NCBI GenBank assembly: GCA_964604875.1 | Contig: CAZSAC010000001.1 | Location: 30,730 to 94,729 of the forward strand | From: an uncultured Bacteroidaceae bacterium | GTDB lineage: Bacteria > Bacillota > Clostridia > Christensenellales > CAG-917 | Length of the DNA: 64,000 bases | Reading direction: 5' to 3' | In this document: positions 1 through 10,862 of the stretch, piece after piece | Position numbering within the stretch: position 1 is the stretch's first letter | Layout of the letters: every line of letters begins with the position of its first letter | Notes under the pieces: model-generated | The model's input: only the letters and a program-made list of their open reading frames with translations | What the model was told of the DNA's origin: nothing | The model's database searches: none | Program-made: the position numbers and the translations under genes

Positions 1-21
1 CGAGCCCCCTTCGGATCGCCA
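1..21 (+). tRNA. 3' end of a tRNA gene truncated by the window edge (T-loop remnant, acceptor 3' strand, GCCA)
   Basis: cgagccccc ttcggatc g cca reads as end of T-arm plus 7-nt acceptor strand plus discriminator plus CCA; lies 5 nt upstream of the next tRNA. Confidence 0.45.
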
Positions 22-26
22 CACTT

Positions 27-103
27 GCCTTGGTAGCTCAGTTGGTAGTAGCAGTGGACTGAAAATCCACGTGTCGGTGGTTCAAGTCCGCCCCAAGGCA
101 CCA
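27..103 (+). tRNA. tRNA-Phe (anticodon GAA), CCA encoded
   Basis: Acceptor gccttgg/ccaaggc; anticodon stem gtgga/tccac with loop cuGAAaa; T-loop ggttcaagtcc; ends ACCA. Confidence 0.9.
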
Positions 104-214
104 AAGTGCATTACCCGTATTTCGCCACAGCTCTCACCGTTGTTTGTTGTGAGCAAGAGGTGAAATACTTTTATATAAGGGGAATTTGCCACAACTAGTT
201 TCCCCTATCAATAT

Positions 215-289
215 GCTGGTGTGGCTCAATGGCAGAGCAGCTGATTTGTAATCAGCAGGTTGTTGGTTCGACTCCGACCACCAGCTCCA
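215..289 (+). tRNA. tRNA-Thr (anticodon UGU), CCA encoded
   Basis: Acceptor gctggtg/caccagc; anticodon loop ttTGTaa; T-loop ggttcgactcc. Confidence 0.9.
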
Positions 290-294
290 ATTAT

Positions 295-379
295 GGGAAG
301 ATTCCCGAGTGGCCAAAGGGAGCGGACTGTAAATCCGTTAGCTAAGCTTTCGGTGGTTCGAATCCACCTCTTCCCACCA
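295..379 (+). tRNA. tRNA-Tyr (anticodon GUA), long variable arm, CCA encoded
   Basis: Acceptor gggaaga/tcttccc; anticodon loop ctGTAaa; long extra arm; T-loop ggttcgaatcc. Confidence 0.9.
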
Positions 380-387
380 AAAAACGA

Positions 388-420
388 AACCGACAAATAT
401 TTGTCGGTTTTATGTTTTTT
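388..420 (+). terminator. Rho-independent terminator of the plus-strand tRNA operon
   Basis: Stem aaccgacaaa/tttgtcggtt followed by a T-rich tract (ttatgttttttt). Confidence 0.75.
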
Positions 421-534
421 TTACAGTGTAAAGTTAAATTAAATTAATTTAGATAAAGCATAATTATGCTATAGATAAAATTTTCTTGTTCAGTAGATTT
501 AAGCAATTTAAAAACTTTTACTTAAAATAAGACA

Positions 535-565
535 TAAAAAAACGCCACAGCTTGTGGCGTTTTTA
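535..565. terminator. Bidirectional hairpin terminator (ends rny on the minus strand)
   Basis: aaaaaaacgccacagcttgtggcgttttt: GC-rich stem flanked by A-run and T-run, 10 nt beyond the rny stop. Confidence 0.8.
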
Positions 566-574
566 AATGATTTT

Positions 575-2167
575 TTATTTTGCGTAATCTACGCTTCTGA
601 TTTCACGGACTACGGTGACTTTAATTTGTCCCGGATATTCCAGCTCGGACTCGAGCTTAGCCGCAATCTCCTTTGCTAAAAATACGGTTGTAGTATCATC
701 TACGACTTCAGGCTTAACCATAACACGGATTTCCCGCCCAGCCTGTATTGCATATGATTGCTCAACCCCTGCGAACGAATTTGCTAAGGTTTCCAATTTT
801 TCAATACGTTTTACATAGTTTTCTAACGATTCGCGTCTTGCGCCGGGGCGTGCGCTGGAAATAGCGTCCGCAGCCTGAACAAGAACAGCCTCGATAGTTG
901 TCGCCTCGATATCATTATGATGCGCGGCGATAGCGTGAATTACATCGTTGTGTTCCTTATACTTTTTGACAAGGTCTACGCCGATTTGAACGTGAGTGCC
1001 CTCAATTTCGTGGTCGACAGCTTTACCAATATCGTGCAATAAACCCGCGCGTTTTGCAACTTTTACGTCTGCGCCAAGTTCACTTGCCATCATACCTGCC
1101 AAAAATGCAACCTCAAGCGAGTGTTTCAAGCAGTTTTGACCATAGCTAGTACGATATTTAAGTCTGCCTAACACCTTGATAAGCTCGGGATGAATGCCAT
1201 AGATACCACATTCAAAGACAGCGTTTTCACCCGCTTCTTTGATGGATACTTCAACTTCTTTCCTTACCTTATCAACAATTTCCTCGATTCTGGCAGGATG
1301 AATTCTGCCGTCGGCAATCAATTTTTCTAAAGCAATACGAGCAACTTCCCTACGTACGGGGTCAAAACCGGATAAGGTAACAACGTCAGGGGTATCGTCA
1401 ATAATGAAATCAACGCCTGTTGCGCTTTCCAACGCTCTAATGTTCCTGCCGACACGCCCGATAATGCGCCCTTTCATATCATCGCTGGGTAGCGCCACTA
1501 CGCTTACCGTTGTTTCGGTTGCGTGGTCTGCCGCGCAACGTTGTATTGCTAAACTGATGATATTCTGCGCTTTGCGCTCAGCCTGTTCACGCGCTTCTGC
1601 CTCGATACTTTTGGCTTCTTGAGCCGCGTCTTTCTTTGCGGTTTCAATTAAGCCTGCCATAAGTTGTGATTTTGCTTCGTCTTTGGTCATACCTGACACA
1701 CGTTCAAGTTCCTGCTCCATAATATATTGAGCGTTCTTGAGTTTGTCTTCGATGCCTTGTAATTCCGCCTCTTTTTGAGCAATTTGGGATTTCTGCGCTT
1801 CAACCTGCTCAAGTTTTTTGTCAAGCGAGTCGTCTTTCTTGTCTAAATAGCTTTCCTTTTGTTGCAAGCGTGACTCTACTTTTTGAAGCTCAGTTCGTTT
1901 TTCCTTGGATTCCTTTTCGAACTCGATTCGCAATTTGTGTTGTTCTTCTTTTGCCTCTAAAAGCGCCTCTTTTCTGAGGGTTTTGGCTTCTAAATGCGCT
2001 TCATCGATTATCCTAGCCGATTCGGTTTTGGCAAGTCCGATTTTGTTTATGGAATACTGTCTATATGCTATATATCCAACAGCGCCTCCAACGGCAAGCG
2101 CGCCAAGCGCAATACCAATCGTACCACCCACCGACATAGCAAGCATAAACACAAAATTGCCTGTCAT
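575..2167 (-). CDS. rny: Ribonuclease Y
   Basis: 530 aa; N-terminal TM helix, long coiled coil, KH motif [14 protein letters not shown] domain ([12 protein letters not shown]). Confidence 0.95.
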   Translation of the reverse strand: MTGNFVFMLAMSVGGTIGIALGALAVGGAVGYIAYRQYSINKIGLAKTESARIIDEAHLEAKTLRKEALLEAKEEQHKLRIEFEKESKEKRTELQKVESRLQQKESYLDKKDDSLDKKLEQVEAQKSQIAQKEAELQGIEDKLKNAQYIMEQELERVSGMTKDEAKSQLMAGLIETAKKDAAQEAKSIEAEAREQAERKAQNIISLAIQRCAADHATETTVSVVALPSDDMKGRIIGRVGRNIRALESATGVDFIIDDTPDVVTLSGFDPVRREVARIALEKLIADGRIHPARIEEIVDKVRKEVEVSIKEAGENAVFECGIYGIHPELIKVLGRLKYRTSYGQNCLKHSLEVAFLAGMMASELGADVKVAKRAGLLHDIGKAVDHEIEGTHVQIGVDLVKKYKEHNDVIHAIAAHHNDIEATTIEAVLVQAADAISSARPGARRESLENYVKRIEKLETLANSFAGVEQSYAIQAGREIRVMVKPEVVDDTTTVFLAKEIAAKLESELEYPGQIKVTVVREIRSVDYAK

Positions 2168-2251
2168 TGTGGTTTTAACCTCCTATATATTCATAAAACC
2201 GTTTATGATTTGCCGTTCGCATTACTACAAATCACGATTTTAGTTATTAAA

Positions 2252-2281
2252 AGTATACATTAAATACTATACATTTGTCAA
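2252..2281 (-). promoter_or_regulatory. Candidate sigma-A promoter for rny
   Basis: Minus strand TTGACA-18 nt-TATACT preceded by TG (extended -10). Confidence 0.5.
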
Positions 2282-2306
2282 CAATATCAAATTCATCAAA
2301 AGAAAA

Positions 2307-3290
2307 CTAATTTCCTTGACGAATGGCAACTTCGATTTCAGCCAAAATTTCGGGGTTATTATTGAGATATTCTATGGTTTTATCTCTGCCTTGCCCGATT
2401 TTCTCATCCTTATACGAAATCCAGCTACCGCTCTTTGTGACGACGTTTTTCTCAATCGCCATATCCAAAATACAACCTACTTTTGAAATACCCTTTCCAA
2501 AGATAATATCAAATTCTGCAACCTTAAATGGCGGCGCAACCTTATTCTTTACAATTCTTGCCTTAGTATGATTTCCTATAACCTCTTGCCCGTCTTTTAG
2601 GGCGTCGGTACGACGAATATCAATTCTAACGCTGGAATAAAACTTTAAAGCCTTTCCGCCCGTTGTGGTTTCGGGATTGCCAAACATTACGCCGATTTTG
2701 TCACGCAGCTGATTTATAAACACGATACTGCACTTTGTTTTTCCGCAGATAGCCGTGAGTTTTCTTAAAGCTTGACTCATCAAACGAGCCTGCAAGCCCA
2801 TATGACTATCGCCCATTTCGCCGTCGATTTCGGCTTGCGGAGTCAGCGCGGCAACGCTGTCAACAACAATAATATCGATAGAATTGCTTCTAACCAACGT
2901 ATCAACGATATCCAAAGCCTGCTCTCCATTATCTGGCTGAGAGATATACATATCGTTGATTTGCACGCCTAATGCTTGAGCATAATAAGGGTCAAGCGCG
3001 TGTTCTGCGTCAATGAACGCCGCCGTCCCGCCTTTTTTTTGAGTTTCTGCGATTATGTGAAGCGCAACCGTGGTTTTACCCGAGGATTCCGGCCCGTATA
3101 TTTCAATAATTCTACCACGAGGTATACCTCCGATTCCCAACGCCATATCTAAAGTTAAACAGCCTGTGGGGATTGCGTCAACCTTTTGGATTTCGGATTC
3201 TCCAAACTTCATAATTGCGCCCTTGCCGAACTGCTTTTCAATTTTTTGTAGAGCGTGTTCGAGGGAGTTTACATCAATTTTATCTGCCAT
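2307..3290 (-). CDS. recA: Recombinase RecA
   Basis: 327 aa; Walker [10 protein letters not shown]; full-length RecA-type sequence; SD aaggag upstream. Confidence 0.97.
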   Translation of the reverse strand: MADKIDVNSLEHALQKIEKQFGKGAIMKFGESEIQKVDAIPTGCLTLDMALGIGGIPRGRIIEIYGPESSGKTTVALHIIAETQKKGGTAAFIDAEHALDPYYAQALGVQINDMYISQPDNGEQALDIVDTLVRSNSIDIIVVDSVAALTPQAEIDGEMGDSHMGLQARLMSQALRKLTAICGKTKCSIVFINQLRDKIGVMFGNPETTTGGKALKFYSSVRIDIRRTDALKDGQEVIGNHTKARIVKNKVAPPFKVAEFDIIFGKGISKVGCILDMAIEKNVVTKSGSWISYKDEKIGQGRDKTIEYLNNNPEILAEIEVAIRQGN

Positions 3291-3309
3291 CTTTTTCTCC
3301 TTTGCTTAC

Positions 3310-3783
3310 TTAATTATATTTTTTTAGAAACAAAAAAAGTTGTTCTAAAATAAATTCTGTGGCTTTTTTGCGTATTTCTAAACGATTTCCCGCAAAAATT
3401 TGTTTAAAAGTCAGTTTGCAATTTTTTGTTGCCAAACCAAAATATACAAGCCCTACAGGCTTATCCAAACTTCCGCCGTCGGGGCCGGCAATACCCGTTG
3501 TCGAGATTGCTATATCGGCGTTATTTAATAGCCCTTGCGCCATTTCTAGCGCCGTTTCAGAAGACACTGCGCTAAAACTGTTTAATGTCTTTTCCGATAC
3601 GTGTAAACGCTTCATTTTAGACTCGTTGCTATAGCTTACAATCCCCTCAAATAGATTTTGAGAAATGCCCGCTATATCAACCAAACTAGACGTTACCATA
3701 CCGCCCGTAAGACTTTCGGCAACGGCTAGGGTTAAGCCTTTTTCCCTCAATAGTTTTGCTATCTCTTCAGCGTATTTTATCAT
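3310..3783 (-). CDS. pncC: CinA C-terminal domain protein / nicotinamide-nucleotide amidohydrolase (PncC-like)
   Basis: 157 aa; AESLTGG motif and TGIAGPDGG; sits immediately upstream of recA, as cinA does in Firmicutes. Confidence 0.8.
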   Translation of the reverse strand: MIKYAEEIAKLLREKGLTLAVAESLTGGMVTSSLVDIAGISQNLFEGIVSYSNESKMKRLHVSEKTLNSFSAVSSETALEMAQGLLNNADIAISTTGIAGPDGGSLDKPVGLVYFGLATKNCKLTFKQIFAGNRLEIRKKATEFILEQLFLFLKKYN

Positions 3784-4403
3784 TTATTTTCTGAAGTGGA
3801 CGGTTCAGTCTCAACAACCGTTTGAGCAGCAATAGGCGTATCCGCTAATACCGCGCGGTTTTTGAAGATGTAATTTATCCCCGAATAGATTGAGAATAAC
3901 GCTCCAAGATAGAACGTAATTTTGCCTAACCAAGTGAAAAAAGCAAAGTCGCCAAATACAATAGCATCCAAGAACAATGCGCTCAAGCCAATGTCAAGAA
4001 AAATTGTTTTTATTTTGCCCCAAACGTCGGCGGCGATAACAACCTTCTTTTTTGCGGCGATAGACCTAAATGCGCTGACGATAAATTCCCTGCTCATAAT
4101 CAAACCGCACACGATTGCGCCCCAAGGGTTTGTCAAAGTGCCATCTCCGACATATACAAAAAGCATAACGACAACAATAACTTTATCCGCTATCGGGTCT
4201 AAAAACTTGCCTAAATCCGTAACAAGATTTCTACTGCGGGCGATGTGTCCGTCAATAAAATCAGTACAACAGCAAAGCACGAACAAAACGCAAGCTATAA
4301 TATCATTTGCGATAGGCGCAGACGGAATTTCCACATAGTATGCAACCAGAACAAGCGGAATTAAAAAGATTCTTGCAAGAGTGATTTTGTTTGGTAAATT
4401 CAT
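3780..4403 (-). CDS. pgsA: CDP-diacylglycerol--glycerol-3-phosphate 3-phosphatidyltransferase
   Basis: 207 aa multi-TM; CDP-alcohol phosphatidyltransferase motif DFIDGHIAR..G..LDPIADK. Confidence 0.85.
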   Translation of the reverse strand: MNLPNKITLARIFLIPLVLVAYYVEIPSAPIANDIIACVLFVLCCCTDFIDGHIARSRNLVTDLGKFLDPIADKVIVVVMLFVYVGDGTLTNPWGAIVCGLIMSREFIVSAFRSIAAKKKVVIAADVWGKIKTIFLDIGLSALFLDAIVFGDFAFFTWLGKITFYLGALFSIYSGINYIFKNRAVLADTPIAAQTVVETEPSTSENK

Positions 4404-5722
4404 TTTCTTTCTCCAATCAAGTCGTATTCCTTGAGCGAATTTATTTTTATATTGTAAAAATTTCCTACTTCAACAAGCTTGTCCGACGAAAAATAGACTC
4501 GGCTATCCACGTCGGGAGCGCAAAATTCAGGACGTCCATAAAACATCTGGCAATCATAATCAATGCCTTCATAAAGCACTTTAAGGGTTTTATCTATATA
4601 TTTTTGATTGTTAGACAAAATGACTTCCGATTGTAAAGCCCTTATCGAATCCACCCTTTTATTTTTGGTTGCGCTCGAAATCTGCCCTTTTAGCTTTGCA
4701 GCCGACGTACCGTCCTCTTTGCTGTATGCAAAAAAGCCCGCATAATCCAGTTTGTAGTTTTTGATAAAGTCATACAACTCTAAAAATTCGTCTTGCGTTT
4801 CGGTCGGAAAGCCTACAATAAAAGAACTTCTTATTGCGATAGAGTCGTCAGTCTCGCGGATTTTTTCAATAAGTCGTTTTACCCCGTCACTGTCAATGCG
4901 TCTATTCATCATCTTAAGTATTCTAGAGCTTATATGTTGAATAGGTATGTCAAGATATTTGCAAATTTTTGGATTTTTTGATACATAGGAAATTAAATCT
5001 GAGCTTACCAGCTCGGGATAGCAATACAGAAGCCTTATCCACTCTATATCCAAGCCGGACAGCTTATCAAGCAAATTCAGCAACGAATATTTGTCATATA
5101 AATCAATGCCGTACCGAGTAATATCCTGCGCTACTAAGTTGATTTCCTTAATTCCATATTCGTCAATCAAAAATTTCGTTTCATCAACTAAGCCTTCAAT
5201 TTTCCGTGAGCGGTATTTACCACGGATAGAAGGAATTGCGCAATAGGTGCAATGATTATCGCAGCCGTCGGCGATTTTCAAGTATGCCGTATGGAACGGC
5301 GTGCTTATAACCCTGTTTTTTGTAGGGGTGTCTAATCCGTTAATGCAATAGGCTTTTTCATCAGCTAAAACTTGGTTTAAAATCCACGGAAGTCTTTGAT
5401 AATCGGCAATCCCTAAAAAAGCGTCTACCTCGGGCAAGCTGTTTTTTAAGTCTTGTTTATATCTTTGAGGCAAGCAACCCGTGACGATAACCTTTATCGG
5501 ACGAACGGCTTTTTGCTCAGTAAACTCTAAAATTGTGTCAATAGCCTCTTTCTTACTGCTTTCAATAAACGCGCAGGTATTGATAATTACCACGTCGGCA
5601 AGTTCTGCCTCGGTCGTAATTTCATAACCGTTTTCGCTTAATATGTAAAGCATATTTTCTGTATCGACGCGGTTTTTGTCACAGCCTAGGCTGACCACGC
5701 CGACCTTAATCTTTTTATCCAT
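4400..5722 (-). CDS. rimO: Ribosomal protein S12 methylthiotransferase RimO (MiaB-family radical SAM)
   Basis: 440 aa; N-terminal MTTase cysteines, radical-SAM CDNHCTYC, C-terminal TRAM-like region; ftsK-rimO-pgsA context. Confidence 0.85.
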   Translation of the reverse strand: MDKKIKVGVVSLGCDKNRVDTENMLYILSENGYEITTEAELADVVIINTCAFIESSKKEAIDTILEFTEQKAVRPIKVIVTGCLPQRYKQDLKNSLPEVDAFLGIADYQRLPWILNQVLADEKAYCINGLDTPTKNRVISTPFHTAYLKIADGCDNHCTYCAIPSIRGKYRSRKIEGLVDETKFLIDEYGIKEINLVAQDITRYGIDLYDKYSLLNLLDKLSGLDIEWIRLLYCYPELVSSDLISYVSKNPKICKYLDIPIQHISSRILKMMNRRIDSDGVKRLIEKIRETDDSIAIRSSFIVGFPTETQDEFLELYDFIKNYKLDYAGFFAYSKEDGTSAAKLKGQISSATKNKRVDSIRALQSEVILSNNQKYIDKTLKVLYEGIDYDCQMFYGRPEFCAPDVDSRVYFSSDKLVEVGNFYNIKINSLKEYDLIGERK

Positions 5723-8700
5723 TAAAACCCTCTAAATCATCTGTAACGCCGTAAATTTGGTTGAATTGCTCCAACGATAACAGCACGTCGCGCCTTTTAT
5801 TTCCACCTTTATTGGTTGAAACATAACGTTTCTGCTCCATTTCTTCTATAAGCTTTGCCGCCGTCGGATAACCTATGGAAAACTTCATTTGTAAACGGGA
5901 TATAGAAGCTTGTTGTTCCATAACGCAAAGACGTAAAGCCTCAACAAAAAGCTGGTCGCTTTTACCCACTCTCGGCGAATCGATTGACTCGTCATCTTCT
6001 TCATTTTCGTTTTGAGCATATATACTGTTTTGAATTTCCGTATCATAGAAGCACTCATTGTTGGCTTTGATATAATCTACAACCGCCTTAACCTCGTCTC
6101 TCTCGACAAGCGTACATTGCAAACGTAACGCCTCCTTGCCTTGAGGAGCGTAAAGCATATCGCCCTTGCCCAAAAGCTTTTCTGCGCCTCCACCGCCTAA
6201 AATCGTCATAGAGTCGGCAGTCGACGTAACGGCAAACGCAATCCTTGACGGAAGGTTGGATTTTATTGTGCCCGTAACAATATCCACAGACGGACGTTGT
6301 GTGGCAACCACCAAATGAATTCCAGCCGCGCGTGACAAACGCGTAATTTTGCCGATTCTGTCTTCAATTTCTTTTTTCTTAACCAAAATAAAGTCCGCAA
6401 GCTCGTCAATGACGCAAACAATGCGCGGAATTTTATTCAATCCGCTTCCTTTTTTGGAAGCAACGGCATTATATTCGGCGATGTTTCTAACCTCGTTTTT
6501 CTTGAACATTTGGAAACGTTCTTTCATTTCTGTGATAAGCCAATCCAAAGCATTTATCGCAATTTCGGGGTCATCGATAACCTCGGGGACAAGCAAATGA
6601 GGAAGTCCGCTGTATAAATTCAGTTCTACCTGCTTGGGGTCAACTAAAATCAATTTCAAATCATTGGGACCGCAACGATATAAGAGGCTGACTATAAGCG
6701 AGTTGATACAAACGGATTTACCGCTACCTGTAGCGCCCGCAATCAGCATATGAGGCATACTTTCTAAGTCACATACGTTGTTTGTGTTGGCAATGTCCTT
6801 GCCTAAAGCAAACGTCAAAATAGATTTAGCCCGATTAAACTCCTCAGACATAACCAAGTTTTTCAAGCTTACCGTAGCGCGTTTTCTGTTTGGAACTTCA
6901 ATACCGAAAGCGTCTCTACCCGGTATCGGAGCTTCAAATCTTATTTTATCCGCGCATAGTTTCATCGCTAAATCGTGGTCGAGTTTTAAAACGTTATTTA
7001 CTGATACGCCGTCCGGCATTTTTAGCTCAAACCTTGAAAAAGTCGGCCCTTGCGTAACCCCGATAACCTTAGCGTCAACCTTAAACTGTGACAAGGTACG
7101 TTCCAAAATATCAATTCTGTCGGCATAATCCTCAAGCTCAACCGAATCGTCGCGCCCAAAAAGCAACTCAATCGGCGGCGCAAGATAAGGTTGCGAAAGC
7201 CCTCTTTCTTTTATGGCTTGGTCAATAGATATTTGCTCGGGTTTCGTCTTTTTCGGCGTCTCGGGTGAAAGCTTAACGGGTTCCGCCTTTTTGCCGATAG
7301 GAAAATCGTTGTTATAAGAGGAAGGTTTTTCTAAGGCAACGTCGTCCTTAGCTTTATTTCGTTCCACAGGGGTATCAATTTCTTTTTCGACCTTTTCAAC
7401 TTCGCTTTCAGACGGCATAATTACGCTTGTATCCACAGTTTCCGAGATAGACGGCGTAACAATATTTTGCGGTTTTTCAAATCGGGAAAAGTCACCCAAA
7501 GAGGGGCTGTCGTCAACTGTCGGATTTTGTGTTTTATTTTCAACAGGTTGAGCGGGGGCGTCACTAGCTTTTGGTTTTTTGGATTTTCCAAATAGGCTGA
7601 AAATACTGCCGACTTCTTCAACACCGATACCGCCGTTTTTTGGCGTTTCACTTTGAACAGGCTCGGCAGAAGGAGTAGGTTTTTCTTCATAAGCTGGCGC
7701 CTGAGACGGTTTTTCCACAGTCGGCTTTGAAATATGCAATTTCGATTCAACAACAGGACGGGGCGGCATTGGCGGTATAGGCTTAATTTCCGATACTGTC
7801 GGCTCTTGTCGTGGTGTTTTATCAACTGAAGGTTTATCTTTCTTTTCCCCAAACAAAATATCCTTGATAAATGCGGGCATATTTTCGTCAGGCTCAACAT
7901 TTTTTCGGGTATCTTCAATAATCGGTTGCGGTTTTTCAACCTCGGGCGCAGGCGCAGGCTCAGGCTCAACAGGTGGTGTCGCTTTCGGGTTGACTATGCG
8001 TTTTGATGCGGCTCCGTAAACGTCGCTGGGTTTTACGTCAGAATTAATGATATATCCGATGCGCTCTTGCATATCTTTGATACGCCCTTCTTCTGTGTTA
8101 TCAATTCCAAACGCTTCTTTAATAGATTTGGGCTTTGAATCCGCCTTTTCGTTTTGCATCTCGACGTTGAAATTGAACGGCAAAGACGATTTTGGCACTT
8201 TTTTATGCGCAGGTATAACGTCGTCATTTTCGGAGGTGCCGAAAAGTACGGGTTTATCACCGTCGTTGTTTTGAGCGTCGTTTTTTGCTTTTCTGTTTCC
8301 AAAAAGCTTTTCACGAGAACGGCGACGGCGTTCCTCCTCGGATTCAGGCATCGCCTCAATTTCAGAATCATTGACTTTATCCGCGCTGTCTTTATTGGGA
8401 AACATTGCGTCAAAGCCTTGCTTTTGTTGTTGTTTAATTTGTTTTTTCCCTGCAAGCTTAAACTCGGGACCTTCGCCATCGTTATCGATTGTGCCAATAA
8501 ACAATCTTGACCCAACGTCTGTAGGATAAGCCCTTTCATCGGGATTTTGTTTAGAAAAGTCAGTCAAAGACGGTTTGTCGTCTTTAGAACGTTTAATTTT
8601 GGTTTGTTTGGCGCGATAAGGGCTTTTCCTTTTAAACAATGGATAAAACGACGCCAACGCAGCAGCGGAAAACAGCACCAACAATACAATCAAAAAGAAC

Positions 8701-9134
8701 GTTGTTGAAAGCTTCATAACGGGATAGGCAAAAATTGAACCTATCCAACCCGCCGGAGTGCCGATGTTATAGCTTTGTTTTAAAAATGCGCCGTAATTAT
8801 TCCCTTCCAGCATACCTTTAGTAAACCACACGTGGAATATCATAACGCCTAAAACAAACAAGAAAATATATTTGAGCGCTTTATCCGCCGCAAGCGTCGG
8901 GCGCCTACCAAGCGTAATAGCTGCGCCGATTATAATACCGCAAATGGCGTACGCATATGCGACAAAACCAAAAACTCCGATTAAAAAACCGGATATCATC
9001 TTGCCCATATTACCAAGCGCGTTACATAGCGACAGGGTTGACAAAAGGCTTATAATTATAATCAAAATTCCGACTGCAATTCTATTTGCAGTGCTTTCAT
9101 ATCGACCATAGTTGTTTGGATTATTGTTATTCAA
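5715..9134 (-). CDS. ftsK: DNA translocase FtsK/SpoIIIE
   Basis: 1139 aa; N-terminal TM helices, ~500-aa P/E/K-rich linker, motor domain with Walker A GATGSGKS, C-terminal gamma winged-helix; probable TTG start after GGAGG. Confidence 0.92.
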   Translation of the reverse strand: MNNNNPNNYGRYESTANRIAVGILIIIISLLSTLSLCNALGNMGKMISGFLIGVFGFVAYAYAICGIIIGAAITLGRRPTLAADKALKYIFLFVLGVMIFHVWFTKGMLEGNNYGAFLKQSYNIGTPAGWIGSIFAYPVMKLSTTFFLIVLLVLFSAAALASFYPLFKRKSPYRAKQTKIKRSKDDKPSLTDFSKQNPDERAYPTDVGSRLFIGTIDNDGEGPEFKLAGKKQIKQQQKQGFDAMFPNKDSADKVNDSEIEAMPESEEERRRRSREKLFGNRKAKNDAQNNDGDKPVLFGTSENDDVIPAHKKVPKSSLPFNFNVEMQNEKADSKPKSIKEAFGIDNTEEGRIKDMQERIGYIINSDVKPSDVYGAASKRIVNPKATPPVEPEPAPAPEVEKPQPIIEDTRKNVEPDENMPAFIKDILFGEKKDKPSVDKTPRQEPTVSEIKPIPPMPPRPVVESKLHISKPTVEKPSQAPAYEEKPTPSAEPVQSETPKNGGIGVEEVGSIFSLFGKSKKPKASDAPAQPVENKTQNPTVDDSPSLGDFSRFEKPQNIVTPSISETVDTSVIMPSESEVEKVEKEIDTPVERNKAKDDVALEKPSSYNNDFPIGKKAEPVKLSPETPKKTKPEQISIDQAIKERGLSQPYLAPPIELLFGRDDSVELEDYADRIDILERTLSQFKVDAKVIGVTQGPTFSRFELKMPDGVSVNNVLKLDHDLAMKLCADKIRFEAPIPGRDAFGIEVPNRKRATVSLKNLVMSEEFNRAKSILTFALGKDIANTNNVCDLESMPHMLIAGATGSGKSVCINSLIVSLLYRCGPNDLKLILVDPKQVELNLYSGLPHLLVPEVIDDPEIAINALDWLITEMKERFQMFKKNEVRNIAEYNAVASKKGSGLNKIPRIVCVIDELADFILVKKKEIEDRIGKITRLSRAAGIHLVVATQRPSVDIVTGTIKSNLPSRIAFAVTSTADSMTILGGGGAEKLLGKGDMLYAPQGKEALRLQCTLVERDEVKAVVDYIKANNECFYDTEIQNSIYAQNENEEDDESIDSPRVGKSDQLFVEALRLCVMEQQASISRLQMKFSIGYPTAAKLIEEMEQKRYVSTNKGGNKRRDVLLSLEQFNQIYGVTDDLEGFNG

Positions 9135-9162
9135 AGTTGCCTCCGAAATAAGTTGTATATTG

Positions 9163-9191
9163 ATTATAACATTATATTATTTGTATTACAA
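9163..9191 (-). promoter_or_regulatory. Candidate sigma-A promoter for ftsK
   Basis: Minus strand TTGTAA-17 nt-TATAAT. Confidence 0.5.
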
Positions 9192-9219
9192 TGTTTGCCG
9201 AGCAAAAATAGTGTCGAAA

Positions 9220-9984
9220 TTACTCGATTTCCTCAAAGTCTTCGTCTTTTAAGAAGTCGGGAATTTCGTCATAGTCCACCAAAGTTTCGTCGTCGGAAAG
9301 CTCATCCTCGTCTAAAACTTCCTCATCTTCTATGTAAGACGTTGCCGCCACTTCCGAATTGGCTTGCGAATCTCCTCCGACGATAATCAGTTCAGGCTCG
9401 TCCACAAGCTCTCGTTTAAAATACAGCCCTTCTCTGTCGGCGGTATTAAAGTTTTGGTCAAGCCGAGAAATACGTTCCAAAACCTCATTGTAGTCAGGCA
9501 GATTTTCCAAGGATTCTATTTGGAACTTCCTTAAAAATTCTTCCGTCGTGCCAAACAATACCGGACGACCTACGGCTTCCTTTCTGCCTTTAACTTCAAT
9601 CAAATTAATCTTCATAAGCATTGACAGCGCATAGTCGGGGTCTTTACCTTTTATTTCCTCAATTTCCAAACGGGTTATCGGTTGCTTGTATGCAACAATA
9701 GACAAAACCTCCAACAAACTTTGAGATAAGGCTTTTTCTCTTATAGGAGTCAAAACGTCGGCTAAGGTGTCGCCGTATTTTTGATTTGACGCAAATTGAA
9801 GTTTATCTCCAAAGGTGCACAACAAAATACCGCTGTCACCGCCGTATTTTAACTTTAAATTTTCGATAACCTTATTAAGTTCCCTAGTTGTCAGCGCAGG
9901 AATATGTTCGATTAAATCCTTTTTTGAAAGCGGTTCTCCCGAAGCAAAAATCAAAGCCTCAACTGTTTCCTGAATATTCTGCAA
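9220..9984 (-). CDS. scpB: Segregation and condensation protein B with long acidic C-terminal tail
   Basis: 254 aa; N-terminus ETVEALIFASGEPLS typical of ScpB, two winged-helix regions, ~70-aa D/E-rich tail; downstream of scpA. Confidence 0.85.
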   Translation of the reverse strand: MQNIQETVEALIFASGEPLSKKDLIEHIPALTTRELNKVIENLKLKYGGDSGILLCTFGDKLQFASNQKYGDTLADVLTPIREKALSQSLLEVLSIVAYKQPITRLEIEEIKGKDPDYALSMLMKINLIEVKGRKEAVGRPVLFGTTEEFLRKFQIESLENLPDYNEVLERISRLDQNFNTADREGLYFKRELVDEPELIIVGGDSQANSEVAATSYIEDEEVLDEDELSDDETLVDYDEIPDFLKDEDFEEIE

Positions 9985-10858
9985 TTTCTTCTTCCTCCTC
10001 TGATATTACAACAGGCGTCTCAATCCCTTCCCTTAGGTTGATTTCAATATCCGAAAACGCTTCCGACTGCACAACGGTTATAACTTGGCGTTTTAGAAGC
10101 TCAAGCATAGCAAGGAACGTATTGATTATTTCCAATTTGTTAAAATCGTTGTCAAACAAAGAGAAAAGCTTCACGGATTTTTTTTCAAAAACGCTTTGGC
10201 TTATGTAGTTCATTCTGTCCGAAACGGAGAATCTCTCTTTTAAAATTTTCTTTGGTTCGGCAAGCTTTTCTTCCCTATCGATTCTATGCATCATTTTCGC
10301 ATAGGCGTCAATCATTTTGCTTAGGTCAAAGTCTTTTATTGCAATTCGATAGTCGTCTTCGGTATAGACAGGCTCGCGATAAAAACGGTTTATAGTTTCA
10401 AGCTCTCTGAGCTTTTCGGACATCTGCTTAAACATATCGTATTCCTGCAGACGCCTAATTAAGCTGTCCCCCGGAAGCTCGCCCGCTTCGATTTCCACTT
10501 GCTCGGTGGGTATCAACCGCTTGGCTTTGACCTCAATAAGCTCGCCCGCCATTGTGATAAATTCACCCGCGTATTCAATTTCGTTTTCGTCCCACGCTTG
10601 AAATTGGCGGATAATTTCCAAATATTGCGAGGTTATATCCGATACAAAAATATCTTCAATTTCAATCTTATTTTTTTTGATTAGATACAAAAGCAAGTCC
10701 AACGGACCTTCATAACGTGATAAATCAAAACGATAATCCTTACGGCTTTCATAAATGTCGTCGTCATCGCCGTACATAACGCTTTCAACGGCAACAACCT
10801 TGCCGTCTACAACACGAAAATATTCATCGTCTTTTCTCGTAAATTTCTTTATATCCAT
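9959..10858 (-). CDS. scpA: Segregation and condensation protein A (kleisin)
   Basis: 299 aa; FEGPLDLLLYLI kleisin N-terminal motif; overlaps scpB start. Confidence 0.85.
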   Translation of the reverse strand: MDIKKFTRKDDEYFRVVDGKVVAVESVMYGDDDDIYESRKDYRFDLSRYEGPLDLLLYLIKKNKIEIEDIFVSDITSQYLEIIRQFQAWDENEIEYAGEFITMAGELIEVKAKRLIPTEQVEIEAGELPGDSLIRRLQEYDMFKQMSEKLRELETINRFYREPVYTEDDYRIAIKDFDLSKMIDAYAKMMHRIDREEKLAEPKKILKERFSVSDRMNYISQSVFEKKSVKLFSLFDNDFNKLEIINTFLAMLELLKRQVITVVQSEAFSDIEINLREGIETPVVISEEEEEIAEYSGNS

Positions 10859-10862
10859 TAAA

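Noticed and set aside
134-442. ORFs 134-316 (-) and 260-442 (+)
   Set aside because: They overlap tRNA-Thr and tRNA-Tyr and have no independent coding evidence.
7421-8539. Same-strand alternative-frame ORFs 7421-7969 and 8033-8539 inside ftsK
   Set aside because: They lie in the low-complexity linker of FtsK, where biased composition keeps several frames open. Their K/R/L-rich products have no SD or domain.
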